From a virus, in IMG/VR virus record IMGVR_UViG_3300030105_001626, positions 13,625 through 77,624 of that record: a stretch of DNA of 64,000 nt. One strand, given 5' to 3'. A program made the translations under genes and the position numbers. The notes beneath the pieces were generated by a model that saw only the letters and a list, made by a program, of their open reading frames with translations, did no database searches and was not told where the DNA came from. Below, piece after piece: positions 20,960 through 30,379 of the stretch (position 1 is its first letter; each line of letters opens with the position of its first letter).

Positions 20960-21895
20960 TTACATTTTCATAATTGATGATTTAGGAATAAGTTTATTGT
21001 TCTTATCAAGGGTGGATGGTACTACATTTTCATGGTCTTTGTCAAGGTTTAATCGGTTCTTTGCCTGTCTATATGACATGTTTGATGCTACCAATAATAA
21101 TACAGCCAAAGGGTCAAAAACAAAAATAATAATAAGTATAACAAGTCTTACCGCCTTATCGATGATGTCTTTATCGGAATATCCATAAACCAATTCTGCA
21201 ACATATTTAATAGGACCAATCTCAGCAGATAGTTTATTTTCTTCAGATAAAAGTGGAAGTCTTTCTGTAATTAGAACTTCTAGTTCTTTTTGTGTTGATA
21301 GTACAAGTGCATTAGTTTTTCTACTAATTTTCTCAGGGTCATCACCTGCTTTTTTAAGCAAGTATTGAAGTTTATTGTTTAACAGATATTCTCTCTGGTC
21401 AAGCATTTGTATTTTAACTTGATTAGAACCTATCATTATATTAGTATCAATGTGAGCCTTTGATAGAAAACCAAAAATGCCCATTGAAGTAATTAACATA
21501 AGCAATACAATAGCTAACAAGAAATATGTCTTCATGAGTAATGCAGTTTCTTTCCAGTTATTATATAACCAAGATGCAGTTACTAATTTAGCAACCTCTA
21601 ATGCACCACCCATAATAACAATTGGCCAAAAAGCACCAGGAAAGATTTGTGCTAAACCAATAATAGAATAATAAGCAGCTATCGATGATAGGCCTATTGC
21701 TGTAAAAAATGGTATTAAATAATTTGTTTTCATTGGCGATTTCTCTGGCAAGCTTTGAAATTCTTCTGGCACGATTGCGACCATATCTTTTGATACATCA
21801 GGTACTGTATTAATATTGCTTAACAGTTCTGGTTGTTTAGAATGAGGTTCTTGAACCTTATCTTTTTGTGGTAGTATGTTTTTAAATATGCCCAT
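20960..21895 (-). CDS. multi-pass membrane protein
   Basis: Several hydrophobic helices plus a coiled coil; late promoter TATAAATA at 21899-21906. Confidence 0.7.
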   Translation of the reverse strand: MGIFKNILPQKDKVQEPHSKQPELLSNINTVPDVSKDMVAIVPEEFQSLPEKSPMKTNYLIPFFTAIGLSSIAAYYSIIGLAQIFPGAFWPIVIMGGALEVAKLVTASWLYNNWKETALLMKTYFLLAIVLLMLITSMGIFGFLSKAHIDTNIMIGSNQVKIQMLDQREYLLNNKLQYLLKKAGDDPEKISRKTNALVLSTQKELEVLITERLPLLSEENKLSAEIGPIKYVAELVYGYSDKDIIDKAVRLVILIIIFVFDPLAVLLLVASNMSYRQAKNRLNLDKDHENVVPSTLDKNNKLIPKSSIMKM

Positions 21896-21909
21896 GATTA
21901 TTTATACAC

Positions 21910-24453
21910 TTAACCAAAGAATGATTCTAATGAGTTTGATTTCTCTACTTCCCAACCAATTGAATCTAGAATAATTCTGAGTGGGTCGACAAATGATTTC
22001 TGAAATTGTAATTCATAATCCACATAATCTTCGATATTAAATTCTTTTGGACAACTATTAGTGAATGATATAACATCAGTATGAAAGTTGTTTGGTTGTT
22101 TGAGATATATGAATTTAATCTTCTCGCCTTCTTGAATTCTTTGATGTCTTTTCTTGAGACCTAGTTTATCGAGTTGATGATTATATACTAATGCACCACG
22201 AACATGTATAGGTGTTCCTTTACCCCATATAGATTTATTACAACTATATTGTTTGAGACCATTCATTGACCTTGGAAATGCAATATCTTCTACTGGTAGT
22301 TTTTTGAATTCATCTTTGAACGCAGCTATATATTCTTGGACTTGTTCTTGTTCGCCAAGTACTAGAAGTTTTAATGCAGACTTAATCTTTTCACGACAAG
22401 CGCCAGGCGTAGATGATTTAATCGCCTCTAGACCTTGAATCTTCATTTGAGGTTCAGTGTATTGAACGCCTTCTGAATTATATACATTTAGAATATATCT
22501 TTTCTTTGCAGTCCATATTGCTTTGTCAGCCAAGACTTCTCTTTTCATTACCATCTTTTGTGAATATGAATTAAGATAAGTTGCGAGTTCAGTATAACTT
22601 TCATCAATAAAAGGTTGAAGCTTTTCTTCGCAGAATTTATCCATGACTTCTATTGCTTTTTGTTTACTATATTCTTTTTCGCCAAATACTTTATTGATAA
22701 GCAATTCAAGATTAAGATATACTGAATCTGTATCTGATGCTAGAACATAATCAAATGCATTTGTCTGTAATACTTTATTTAGATATTGATTTAGTTTCTT
22801 TTCAATCCATCGAATAGATAATTGACCTGCCATAGTAATGCCTTCTGCTTGTCTCACATCAAAGAATCTAAAGTATTGATTACCTAGAGCACCATAAGCT
22901 GAGTTCAGACATTCTTTCTTAGTTAGTTGCAAGTTTGCATATCGAGATACGAGAGCTGCATAATTACTTTTTTCTTCTGGCGTAGTTGCATCTTCAAACT
23001 TTTGTTGAGCAGCAAGCATTTTCTTTTTATATACAGTTCTGTCATTATACATCTTCTCAAGAATCTCTGGTAAGAAACCTTGTTTAGTTTTCTTGAAGAA
23101 TTGTCCGTTTGGAGTAAATGCTACATCTGTTACTTTAGTTAAGTCAACTTCTTTAGCAATTAACTTATCAATGTTTACACCATCATTAAGAACTTCTCGC
23201 ATATCTTTTGTATATTTGTCAGGTTCAACAATCGTGTCTGGTGATATATTATATTGCATCATCAAATGTGGATATAGTGAGTTTAAATCAAACGATGCTA
23301 CCCAATTGAACATTCCGATTTGAGGGCTTTTTACATAAGCACCTTCATAAGCTGCATTTTTACTTGAGAAACTTTTAGGCGGAATTGCAATCTTCTTTTG
23401 ATATAGATAATTATGTACAATTGTGTCCCACATACGAACTTGTGTAAATATCTCATCATAGTTTACTTTTGAATCATAAGCAATTGTAATTGCCATTTCT
23501 AACAATCGACCTTTCTCATTCAACTTTTCTACAAGTTCTACATCTCGAATATTATACTCAATGAATAGTTGATGATTCTTTTTATACAAATCAAACAGAC
23601 CATCATATTCAGAATAGGCTATCTTTTTACCAACGCCTTCTGATTGAGCAATTGTATCTAATCGATAATTATCTTGTGAACGACTTGTAGAGAATCTTCT
23701 GAACAATCTCATGTAATCTAAAGTTGCAACACCTGATATATTACCAATTTGTATTGCACGACCATAGAATGTTTCATCTCGAATTGAAACATATCCCCAA
23801 GGAGATAATTGTTTCATTGTGTCTTCGCCTGCTATTTTAGCAAATCTATTAATGATGTAAGGTATATCAAAACCATAAACATTCCAACCAGTGATTGCAT
23901 CAGGATAATTATTAGTCCAGACTTGCATGAACATTTTAATTAAATGATACTCATCTTCACATTGAAACCATTCAACATCTTCTCTATGCTTTTTGTAATC
24001 ACCGATACCAAACACATAATACTTATCTTTGTTTGAGAATTTTACAGTGATTGCAGTGATAGGTTCAGCTGCTGCTCTTGGTTCAGGAAATCCATTCTCA
24101 GAACCAACTTCGATATCAATATTAGCAATGCATAGGTCTTTATAGTCCCATGCAATTACTTCTTCTGGATTGTTTTCTGCGATAAATGGATATTCGAATC
24201 TATCATTACCATAGACTTTGAAGTTACTGACATCTTTATATTTCTTAAGAAAGTCTTTAGCTTCTCGAATTGAATTGAACTTCATAGGGTCGAGTGACTC
24301 ACCATGAAATGTTTTCCATTCAGTTTGTTTATTTGAAGGAACAAATAATGTTGGAGAGTATGTTATTTTTTCACGATGTCTTACACCGTTTTTAACACCT
24401 CGATAATATATATTGTTTCCTACGACTCTTACATCAGTATAATATTTTGACAT
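21910..24453 (-). CDS. gp43: family B DNA polymerase
   Basis: DIEV exonuclease motif, FDLNSLYP, KxxLNSAYG, SDTDS. Confidence 0.97.
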   Translation of the reverse strand: MSKYYTDVRVVGNNIYYRGVKNGVRHREKITYSPTLFVPSNKQTEWKTFHGESLDPMKFNSIREAKDFLKKYKDVSNFKVYGNDRFEYPFIAENNPEEVIAWDYKDLCIANIDIEVGSENGFPEPRAAAEPITAITVKFSNKDKYYVFGIGDYKKHREDVEWFQCEDEYHLIKMFMQVWTNNYPDAITGWNVYGFDIPYIINRFAKIAGEDTMKQLSPWGYVSIRDETFYGRAIQIGNISGVATLDYMRLFRRFSTSRSQDNYRLDTIAQSEGVGKKIAYSEYDGLFDLYKKNHQLFIEYNIRDVELVEKLNEKGRLLEMAITIAYDSKVNYDEIFTQVRMWDTIVHNYLYQKKIAIPPKSFSSKNAAYEGAYVKSPQIGMFNWVASFDLNSLYPHLMMQYNISPDTIVEPDKYTKDMREVLNDGVNIDKLIAKEVDLTKVTDVAFTPNGQFFKKTKQGFLPEILEKMYNDRTVYKKKMLAAQQKFEDATTPEEKSNYAALVSRYANLQLTKKECLNSAYGALGNQYFRFFDVRQAEGITMAGQLSIRWIEKKLNQYLNKVLQTNAFDYVLASDTDSVYLNLELLINKVFGEKEYSKQKAIEVMDKFCEEKLQPFIDESYTELATYLNSYSQKMVMKREVLADKAIWTAKKRYILNVYNSEGVQYTEPQMKIQGLEAIKSSTPGACREKIKSALKLLVLGEQEQVQEYIAAFKDEFKKLPVEDIAFPRSMNGLKQYSCNKSIWGKGTPIHVRGALVYNHQLDKLGLKKRHQRIQEGEKIKFIYLKQPNNFHTDVISFTNSCPKEFNIEDYVDYELQFQKSFVDPLRIILDSIGWEVEKSNSLESFFG

Positions 24454-24465
24454 GTACCTATTATA

Positions 24466-24786
24466 CTACTTTTTATCACGAATAGAGGCAAGGTCCGTAA
24501 CTGATGCTTGTTGTATGCCTGAACCAAATACAGTGTTGTATTGATTTAGAACTTCTTTAACAGGCGATGTTAAACATAGAACTGACTCTACAGGAATATC
24601 TATTCCGGTTGCAAATTCAGCTGAGAACTCCAAGAATGGAGCAAATCCCACACTAGAAGAACCGTCTTTTTGCATTTCTGAGTACAGTTGTACTGGTTTT
24701 TTGATTTGATATTTATCACCTTTCTCTTCAATCTGAGCTATGATTGTTTGATTCGTTTTAAATGTCAATATTTTTATATCTGCCAT
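24466..24786 (-). CDS. conserved T4-like hypothetical protein upstream of gp43
   Basis: 106 aa; QYNTVFGSGI C-terminal motif; SD GGAG. Confidence 0.7.
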   Translation of the reverse strand: MADIKILTFKTNQTIIAQIEEKGDKYQIKKPVQLYSEMQKDGSSSVGFAPFLEFSAEFATGIDIPVESVLCLTSPVKEVLNQYNTVFGSGIQQASVTDLASIRDKK

Positions 24787-24814
24787 GATGTATTTCTCCG
24801 CTAATTAAGTGTCT

Positions 24815-24847
24815 ATTATACTATAAATGATGTGTAAATTGAGGCAA
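24815..24847 (-). promoter_or_regulatory. putative middle-type promoter TTGCCTC-N20-TATAAT
   Basis: Same motif and spacing recur at 30331, 32495 and 41608. Confidence 0.6.
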
Positions 24848-24850
24848 TTA

Positions 24851-25381
24851 TTAAAAGTAATCGCCAATTCCACCACTTAAAGAACCAGTTTGAACTGGCT
24901 TTTCTGCAGGAGTTTCTACCGGTGCTTTTGGTCCACTTCCCATAGAATATCCACTTTCATCTTCTACTGGATATGATGATTGTTTTGTTTCAAATTCCCA
25001 ACCTTCTTTTACAAATTGTTGAAAGTTTGGTGGTGTCCATGTTGTAGGTTTTAGAATCTTACCATCTTCTCTCTTTGTTACCAATCCAGTTTCTTTATTA
25101 ATCTTAATTAAATTATTTGCAGCACCTTCTTTCCAGATACCATCAACATTTAATCCTAATGAATTCATGTAGCCAAGAATAACCCATATTGAATCAAAAC
25201 AAGCATCAATGATTTCTGGTTTATCGCCAATAGCCATGCTTGTGTGTAATTCTGCAATCTCTTCTTTTATAAGATTATAATATAGGTCAGATTGTGGTTG
25301 ATTAACCGTTGTTGTGGTTTGTCCTGCAGCTTTCATAAAGGTCTTTACATCTTTATTAAAATTTGTGATTGCTTTAGTCAT
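24851..25381 (-). CDS. MazG-like NTP pyrophosphohydrolase
   Basis: LIKEEIAE...EIIDACFD, KREDGKILKP. Confidence 0.75.
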   Translation of the reverse strand: MTKAITNFNKDVKTFMKAAGQTTTTVNQPQSDLYYNLIKEEIAELHTSMAIGDKPEIIDACFDSIWVILGYMNSLGLNVDGIWKEGAANNLIKINKETGLVTKREDGKILKPTTWTPPNFQQFVKEGWEFETKQSSYPVEDESGYSMGSGPKAPVETPAEKPVQTGSLSGGIGDYF

Positions 25382-25848
25382 AATATTTTCCTTGATTTAT
25401 AATATTTTTTCATTCCTTCTGATATCTTAGTCTTTGTTTCGTCACTATGCCATTCTAGTTCTTTTGCCTTTTGATTAGCAACACGAGAGGCACGATTGTT
25501 TCTAGCGTGTTCGGCAGTTCTTACTTTACCACTTGCAGACTTAGACATTTTTCTTTTGGTCTCTTCAGAATGTTTTTTGCCAATCTTACTTGCAATCATT
25601 CTAGCTTTGCCTTCTGGTGACATTCTATTTTTCATACTCCCACCAATTGAGCGTGCCATGAAAAGCGCCTCGTCCTTATTCATTTGACCTTTTAGCATAT
25701 GCCAGGCCATAAAATCTTCTTGTTTTCCATGTTGTTCGTATAATTTCTTATGAGCGAGACTATGGTCTTCAACTGAAAGTTCTATAAGATTGGATGGTTC
25801 GTCTGTTCCACCCATGTGCTTAGGTATTATGTGATGTTTATGTTTCAT
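25378..25848 (-). CDS. free-standing HNH homing endonuclease with NUMOD3-type DNA-binding motifs
   Basis: HHIIPKHMGG...NLIEL...H...H HNH core; GKKHSEETKRKMS and HSDETKTKISE repeats; CTAAATA late-like promoter at 25854-25860. Confidence 0.85.
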   Translation of the reverse strand: MKHKHHIIPKHMGGTDEPSNLIELSVEDHSLAHKKLYEQHGKQEDFMAWHMLKGQMNKDEALFMARSIGGSMKNRMSPEGKARMIASKIGKKHSEETKRKMSKSASGKVRTAEHARNNRASRVANQKAKELEWHSDETKTKISEGMKKYYKSRKIL

Positions 25849-25896
25849 ACATCTATTTAGTAGCATCGTGAGTTCAAACCTAACTCTTTGCCCAAC

Positions 25897-25919
25897 AAAA
25901 AACCCTCTTGCGAGGGTTT
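25897..25919 (-). terminator. Rho-independent terminator after pqqA
   Basis: AAACCCTC-GCAA-GAGGGTTT followed by TTT. Confidence 0.85.
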
Positions 25920-25981
25920 AATGATTTTACTATTCTGATAAAGCGTTTGTAATTTGTAACAACTTTATATATTGTGAATAA

Positions 25982-26331
25982 TTATCTATTCATAACATAC
26001 ATAGTCACTTCAACGTAGTGGTGGCAGGCGTTCCAGAGTATTCGTCTTTTTGCCTGTTGCCTTGTTATCGATGTGGCTCTTTATCCTCACCTTCAATATA
26101 TCACTATATTGTCCAGACTATATCATCAAGACTTGTTGTCTTGCCGGGCACTCGTGTCATCTTCATCACTGTTCTAGTGGTATGATGTTAGTCGTTGAAC
26201 CTTCTCATAATCCCTTATGAGCTTGGATGCTGATTGTCTCGAAAGATGTCCCAGCAGTTCACCCGGTTTTAATTGGGCCTAAATCAAATTAACCCAAAAC
26301 GCATTTCAGTTGCTGATGGAGTTGTCCACAT
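25982..26331 (-). CDS. pqqA: PQQ precursor peptide, spliced from exon 1 (26292-26331) and exon 2 (25982-26013)
   Basis: Joined exons encode MWTTPSATEMRFGFEVTMYVMNR* (23 aa) with the PqqA ExxxY core; SD AAGGA upstream. Confidence 0.92.
26014..26291 (-). mobile_element. ORF-less group I self-splicing intron (IA-like), 278 nt, in pqqA
   Basis: P1 UUGGGU/GCCCAA with U.G at the 5' splice site; P3 CCGGGUG/UGCCCGG; P4 UGCUGG/UCAGCA; P6a CUCAUAA/UUAUGAG; GUUCAACGACUA and GAUAUAGUC (P7); P8 CAAGAC/GUCUUG; P9 with GUGA loop; terminal G. Confidence 0.92.
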
Positions 26332-26438
26332 AGTATTGATTCCTTTTTAAAAAGTTATATTAAAGAACCAGGTCAACAGAGAGTATTTCTACAAAGTCTG
26401 CCTTGAGATTTAACAAACAATTTCTATTTGTTAAAGGT

Positions 26439-26467
26439 ATTTTATACTACTTGACAGCTAAAAGCAA
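26439..26467 (-). promoter_or_regulatory. putative sigma70 promoter for pqqA
   Basis: TTGCTT-N17-TAAAAT. Confidence 0.5.
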
Positions 26468-26494
26468 TAGAGAAAATCATTAAATTGTTCTAGA

Positions 26495-26959
26495 CTATTT
26501 TATTAGTCCTACCTTGTATACAGTTTTGCCATTTTCTTTCATAGCAGTTAAAGCTCTTTTACGGTTGCTACCATCTGTTTTGTGACTTACATGAACCCAA
26601 CCAGAGTCATCAATACCTGGAGTATAAAACTCCAATATTACTTGGTCGAAGTCGAGGTTGTCTACAATATACTGAGCCAGGTCTGCATTGGCGACACCAG
26701 GACACTCTATGTCGGCAGCTTCACCGTGACAGTGTTGTGATTTAGATGAACCGCCTACTGCTTTGTTAAGTTCTGGACCACGATATCCTGAATTGATTGT
26801 TGTTACGCCAAAATGGTCTCTGACCTTTTGCACAACATTATCGAATAAGGCTTTTGCATTTTCTAGATGACCATCATCTGGAGTATTATCAATGTCCATT
26901 CGAATTGCTGTTTGGCTTTTAGTAAATTCTTGTAGTGTAAAGTTTTCAGATAGTTTCAA
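26495..26959 (-). CDS. peptidase M15A family (possible endolysin)
   Basis: INSGYR, SQHCHGEAADI, WVHVS zinc motifs. Confidence 0.85.
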   Translation of the reverse strand: MKLSENFTLQEFTKSQTAIRMDIDNTPDDGHLENAKALFDNVVQKVRDHFGVTTINSGYRGPELNKAVGGSSKSQHCHGEAADIECPGVANADLAQYIVDNLDFDQVILEFYTPGIDDSGWVHVSHKTDGSNRKRALTAMKENGKTVYKVGLIK

Positions 26960-26961
26960 TT

Positions 26962-27156
26962 TTATTCTCCCATTGCTTTAACCTTGCGGTTGCTTGTTCG
27001 AACGCCAGTAGCAAGTGCATCAACGATTGCGTTTTTAAAGACGTAATCTTTTGTGCCAGTCATACCACTTGACATTGTTTTAAATTGTTTGTGTAACTTG
27101 AAACTTGGACCAGTTTTTTTATGAGCCTTTTTTCTATAATCTATATCTGCCATCAT
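26962..27156 (-). CDS. small basic hypothetical protein
   Basis: 64 aa; SD GGAG. Confidence 0.6.
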   Translation of the reverse strand: MMADIDYRKKAHKKTGPSFKLHKQFKTMSSGMTGTKDYVFKNAIVDALATGVRTSNRKVKAMGE

Positions 27157-27170
27157 ATATCTCCAATGTT

Positions 27171-27198
27171 AAAAAAGTGGGAGTTTAGGAACTCCCAC
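27171..27198 (-). terminator. terminator after Hsp20
   Basis: GTGGGAGT-loop-ACTCCCAC followed by T6. Confidence 0.85.
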
Positions 27199-27201
27199 CA
27201 T

Positions 27202-27717
27202 TCATTTACGTTTACCTGTTTTACTTTCATTTAATAGTTCTGGCTTAAATAAATTAAGCGATTCGTCACTAATTTCAATATTGCGAGGTTTCTTATGTTC
27301 AGGAATTACATTCTCTAAACCTATTCGTAAGATGCCATCTGTATATTCGGCACCACGAACTTCCACCGTATCAGCAATTTTGACTGTTTTGGTAAAAGAA
27401 CGAAGACCAATACCTCGATGTAAATATTCAATATCTGATAAATCTACATTTTTGGATTGTTCGTCTTTATTGCCCTTAATTATCAAATGGCCATCATCAA
27501 CCGTAATATCAATCTCAGACTTATTATATCCAGCCACAGCGAGTTCTACCACATAATGGTATTCATCGACTTTAACGATGTTGTGAGGTGGAAATGAGGT
27601 TTGAGTATTGTTGTTAGGTGTTGATGCTAGCATCTGTTCAACTTCACCGAATAGTTGTTCGAATCCAAGTGTAGAGTTATATAGAGGGCTAAATGAAAAG
27701 CGTTGACTTAATGTCAT
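27202..27717 (-). CDS. small heat shock protein Hsp20 (IbpA-like)
   Basis: FPPHNI, ELAVAG, YLHRGI, DGILRI. Confidence 0.93.
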   Translation of the reverse strand: MTLSQRFSFSPLYNSTLGFEQLFGEVEQMLASTPNNNTQTSFPPHNIVKVDEYHYVVELAVAGYNKSEIDITVDDGHLIIKGNKDEQSKNVDLSDIEYLHRGIGLRSFTKTVKIADTVEVRGAEYTDGILRIGLENVIPEHKKPRNIEISDESLNLFKPELLNESKTGKRK

Positions 27718-27724
27718 GTTGTTT

Positions 27725-27770
27725 CTCCTTGTTAAGCGAGTTTCAAAAAGATGACCCCGAAGGCATCATC
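27725..27770 (-). promoter_or_regulatory. ROSE-like RNA thermometer in the Hsp20 5' UTR
   Basis: CUCGCUU pairs with SD AAGGAG leaving a bulged G; upstream UUCG hairpin. Confidence 0.55.
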
Positions 27771-27830
27771 AAAGTGACAGTTTTAAACTGGTCTGCCAAC
27801 CAGATTCTTATTTATAACCTTTTGGTTATA

Positions 27831-28238
27831 TTATTCATGCTCCATAGGTTTTTTGCCTATATTATATTTTGCAATTAATTCCCAATCATCTTTTTCTTTA
27901 TATGAGATAATCTTTATTTGATGTAGAGGTGCCACATTATCTTCTAATGGTTTTGGATTTAGAATTTTAACTAAAGCCCATTCCTCTAATAATTTTGCTA
28001 TTGCATTTCTTCTTTGTATATCATTCTCAGATATATTGGATGGTTTTCCATCCAGTCCAAACAATTCCTTGAAATGTACAATATAATATCTACCTTGCTT
28101 GTGTAATATATGACAAGATTGATATAGAATCTTTTCTTTACGAGAAGATACACCTATTCGTGTGAGTGTCTCACGAACTTTTAAAAAGTCATCTTGATGA
28201 TTAAGAGTGACCTCAATGAAATCGTTTAAATCTACCAT
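27831..28238 (-). CDS. regA: translational repressor
   Basis: DFLKVRETLTRIG, LYQSCHILHKQGRYYIVHFKELF. Confidence 0.97.
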   Translation of the reverse strand: MVDLNDFIEVTLNHQDDFLKVRETLTRIGVSSRKEKILYQSCHILHKQGRYYIVHFKELFGLDGKPSNISENDIQRRNAIAKLLEEWALVKILNPKPLEDNVAPLHQIKIISYKEKDDWELIAKYNIGKKPMEHE

Positions 28239-28242
28239 ACAT

Positions 28243-28635
28243 TTATCCCTTCTTACCTAAACCGCCAGTGTTGGCTGAATTGGCTAATTCTTCTAGTTGC
28301 GTTTTCGTGAGGGTTGAGAGGACTTCTCTCGCTTTGGAATTTGAGATATTATAGACCTGTTTGATACATTCTATATTTGCAATCTTCTCAGTTTTCACCC
28401 ACTTAGCAAACGGCCTTTTGCTCTTTCTAACTATATTTAGTAAAAAGTCATTCTGCAACCTAGATTCTAGGTGATGATGTTGATTCATCTCGTTGGCATA
28501 AAATATACAGTCTTTATGGTAGGATAAAGTCCGATTAATTAAGAATGGTTTATAACCAAGTTCAGTTATATCATCAACAATTAATTGTTTGCCGCCGTAT
28601 AATATTTGGTTTGAGTAATCGAATGGGCTACTCAT
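28243..28635 (-). CDS. gp62: clamp loader small subunit
   Basis: YKPFLINRTLS, ANEMN; synteny 45-44-62-regA. Confidence 0.9.
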   Translation of the reverse strand: MSSPFDYSNQILYGGKQLIVDDITELGYKPFLINRTLSYHKDCIFYANEMNQHHHLESRLQNDFLLNIVRKSKRPFAKWVKTEKIANIECIKQVYNISNSKAREVLSTLTKTQLEELANSANTGGLGKKG

Positions 28636-29567
28636 TATTTAAATTCGCAGTTAGCCATCAATTCAGTTAAACATGCAACTAAATTAATTTCTGAATCAGC
28701 TACAAAAGCATTCTTGTATTGATAGTCTGCAATAATTAATACTGCTTGAGGTATCGATTCTTTCTTCATCATATCATAAAGAGCTTCATAAACTTGTCTG
28801 AACACCGTATTAGAATCTATGTCAGTAGTTGCAACCCATTTACGAATTGAATTAAAGTTCTTCTCTTTTAGATATTGTGTAATCTGGTCAATTTGAACAT
28901 TACCAATATGAGCCAAAATGCCAGTATCAATCTTACCAAATTGTGAGTATCTTTGTAACTCATTAATTACTCTTCTGAAATCAGGGAAATGTTTCTTAAT
29001 CAATTCAGCAATCACAGCTTTCTCAAATTCAACTTTTTCTGTTACCAGAACTGATTCGATTCTCTGCATAAACTGAGTTGCCATTTGAGACTTCTCATTT
29101 CCTTTAAGAGAGAATTCAACACCAGCACATCTAGAATGTAATGGTTCAATAATACGATTCTTATAATTACAAGTAAATATGAATGAACAGTTTCCTGCAA
29201 ATTCTTCTATTGCATTACGAAGAGCGGGTTGAGTTGAGTTTGGATTTAGATAGTCTGCTTCATCCATGATAATAACTTTTCTGCCACCAACAAGTGACAT
29301 CGAAGAAGCATAGTTCTTGATTTTAGTTCTGAATGTATCAATACCACTTTCATCAGAACCATTAATGACTAGATAGTCACAACCAATTTCTTCACACATA
29401 GCTTTTGCAACAGTTGTTTTACCAACACCTGCACCACCAGATAAAAGAAGATTGGGAATACTTTTCTGATTGACATACTCTTGAAAAGGTTTCTTTAACC
29501 TTTCAGGTAATATACAATCTGCAATTGTTACTGGCCTATACTTTTCCGTCCATAATAAATGTTCCAT
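28635..29567 (-). CDS. gp44: clamp loader ATPase
   Basis: WTEKYRP, GGAGVGKT, DEAD, SRC. Confidence 0.96.
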   Translation of the reverse strand: MEHLLWTEKYRPVTIADCILPERLKKPFQEYVNQKSIPNLLLSGGAGVGKTTVAKAMCEEIGCDYLVINGSDESGIDTFRTKIKNYASSMSLVGGRKVIIMDEADYLNPNSTQPALRNAIEEFAGNCSFIFTCNYKNRIIEPLHSRCAGVEFSLKGNEKSQMATQFMQRIESVLVTEKVEFEKAVIAELIKKHFPDFRRVINELQRYSQFGKIDTGILAHIGNVQIDQITQYLKEKNFNSIRKWVATTDIDSNTVFRQVYEALYDMMKKESIPQAVLIIADYQYKNAFVADSEINLVACLTELMANCEFK

Positions 29568-29599
29568 TTTTCACATACCTCATAATATAATATAATAAA

Positions 29600-30277
29600 T
29601 TAAGATTCAAACTTAGAACCTTGTTCAGTTGTCACCCAATATTGTAAATCAATATCTTTGTTTTTGAAATGCGAAATACCTTTTGATGAAATATTTACAT
29701 CATAGCTACCTGGTAATAGTTTAGATAAGTTTTCTGTTTTGAAAATCATTTTATAAACTTTAGTATCGCCGTCAGCAATTTCAAGAGTGTTTGTATGTGA
29801 AGAATCGTTAGAAGTATCTAGAGTAGCAAGACTAATTTTCGTGCCATTAGATTCAACTGCGATTTGTGGAGAAGATAGAACTGCAGCTGTTCTCATGATA
29901 TCACTAAAATCATCGGCTGATAAAGATATTGATATTTCTGGTTCAGGCATTACAAGTTCTTTTTCTGGAGGAGTAACAATCATTGTTGGTTCACAAAAAC
30001 GATATTTTGTTTTTGAACGACCTTTGTTACTAACAATAATTACATTTTTATCTTCAAATTCAAATGTCGGGTCAGTGCCTAACGAGATGACGGATAAAAA
30101 GTTGTTGAGGTCATAAACGCCAAATTCTGCAGGAACTTCTTCAGCAATATTCACTTGTGCTAGAATATTCTTATGAGAAGATACAGTCTTTAATGTCTTA
30201 CCTGCTTTAAATAAAATACCTTGGTTGATTGCACCAAAGTTTTTCAATATCGATAATGTTTCATTCGAAAGTTTCAT
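29600..30277 (-). CDS. gp45: sliding clamp
   Basis: MKLSNETLSILKNF, FGVYDLNNFL. Confidence 0.95.
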   Translation of the reverse strand: MKLSNETLSILKNFGAINQGILFKAGKTLKTVSSHKNILAQVNIAEEVPAEFGVYDLNNFLSVISLGTDPTFEFEDKNVIIVSNKGRSKTKYRFCEPTMIVTPPEKELVMPEPEISISLSADDFSDIMRTAAVLSSPQIAVESNGTKISLATLDTSNDSSHTNTLEIADGDTKVYKMIFKTENLSKLLPGSYDVNISSKGISHFKNKDIDLQYWVTTEQGSKFES

Positions 30278-30379
30278 AATATAGTTTCACCTTATAATAA
30301 TAAATTTTGTTTCTTTTCACTTACTTTAACATCCTACTACAAATATTCATAGAAAAGAGGTAAACTTTATTTGTTTTCC

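Noticed and set aside
21910-24453. Inteins or introns in gp43 (also checked gp41 and gp17)
   Set aside because: Lengths are normal and reading frames uninterrupted; no intein terminal motifs seen
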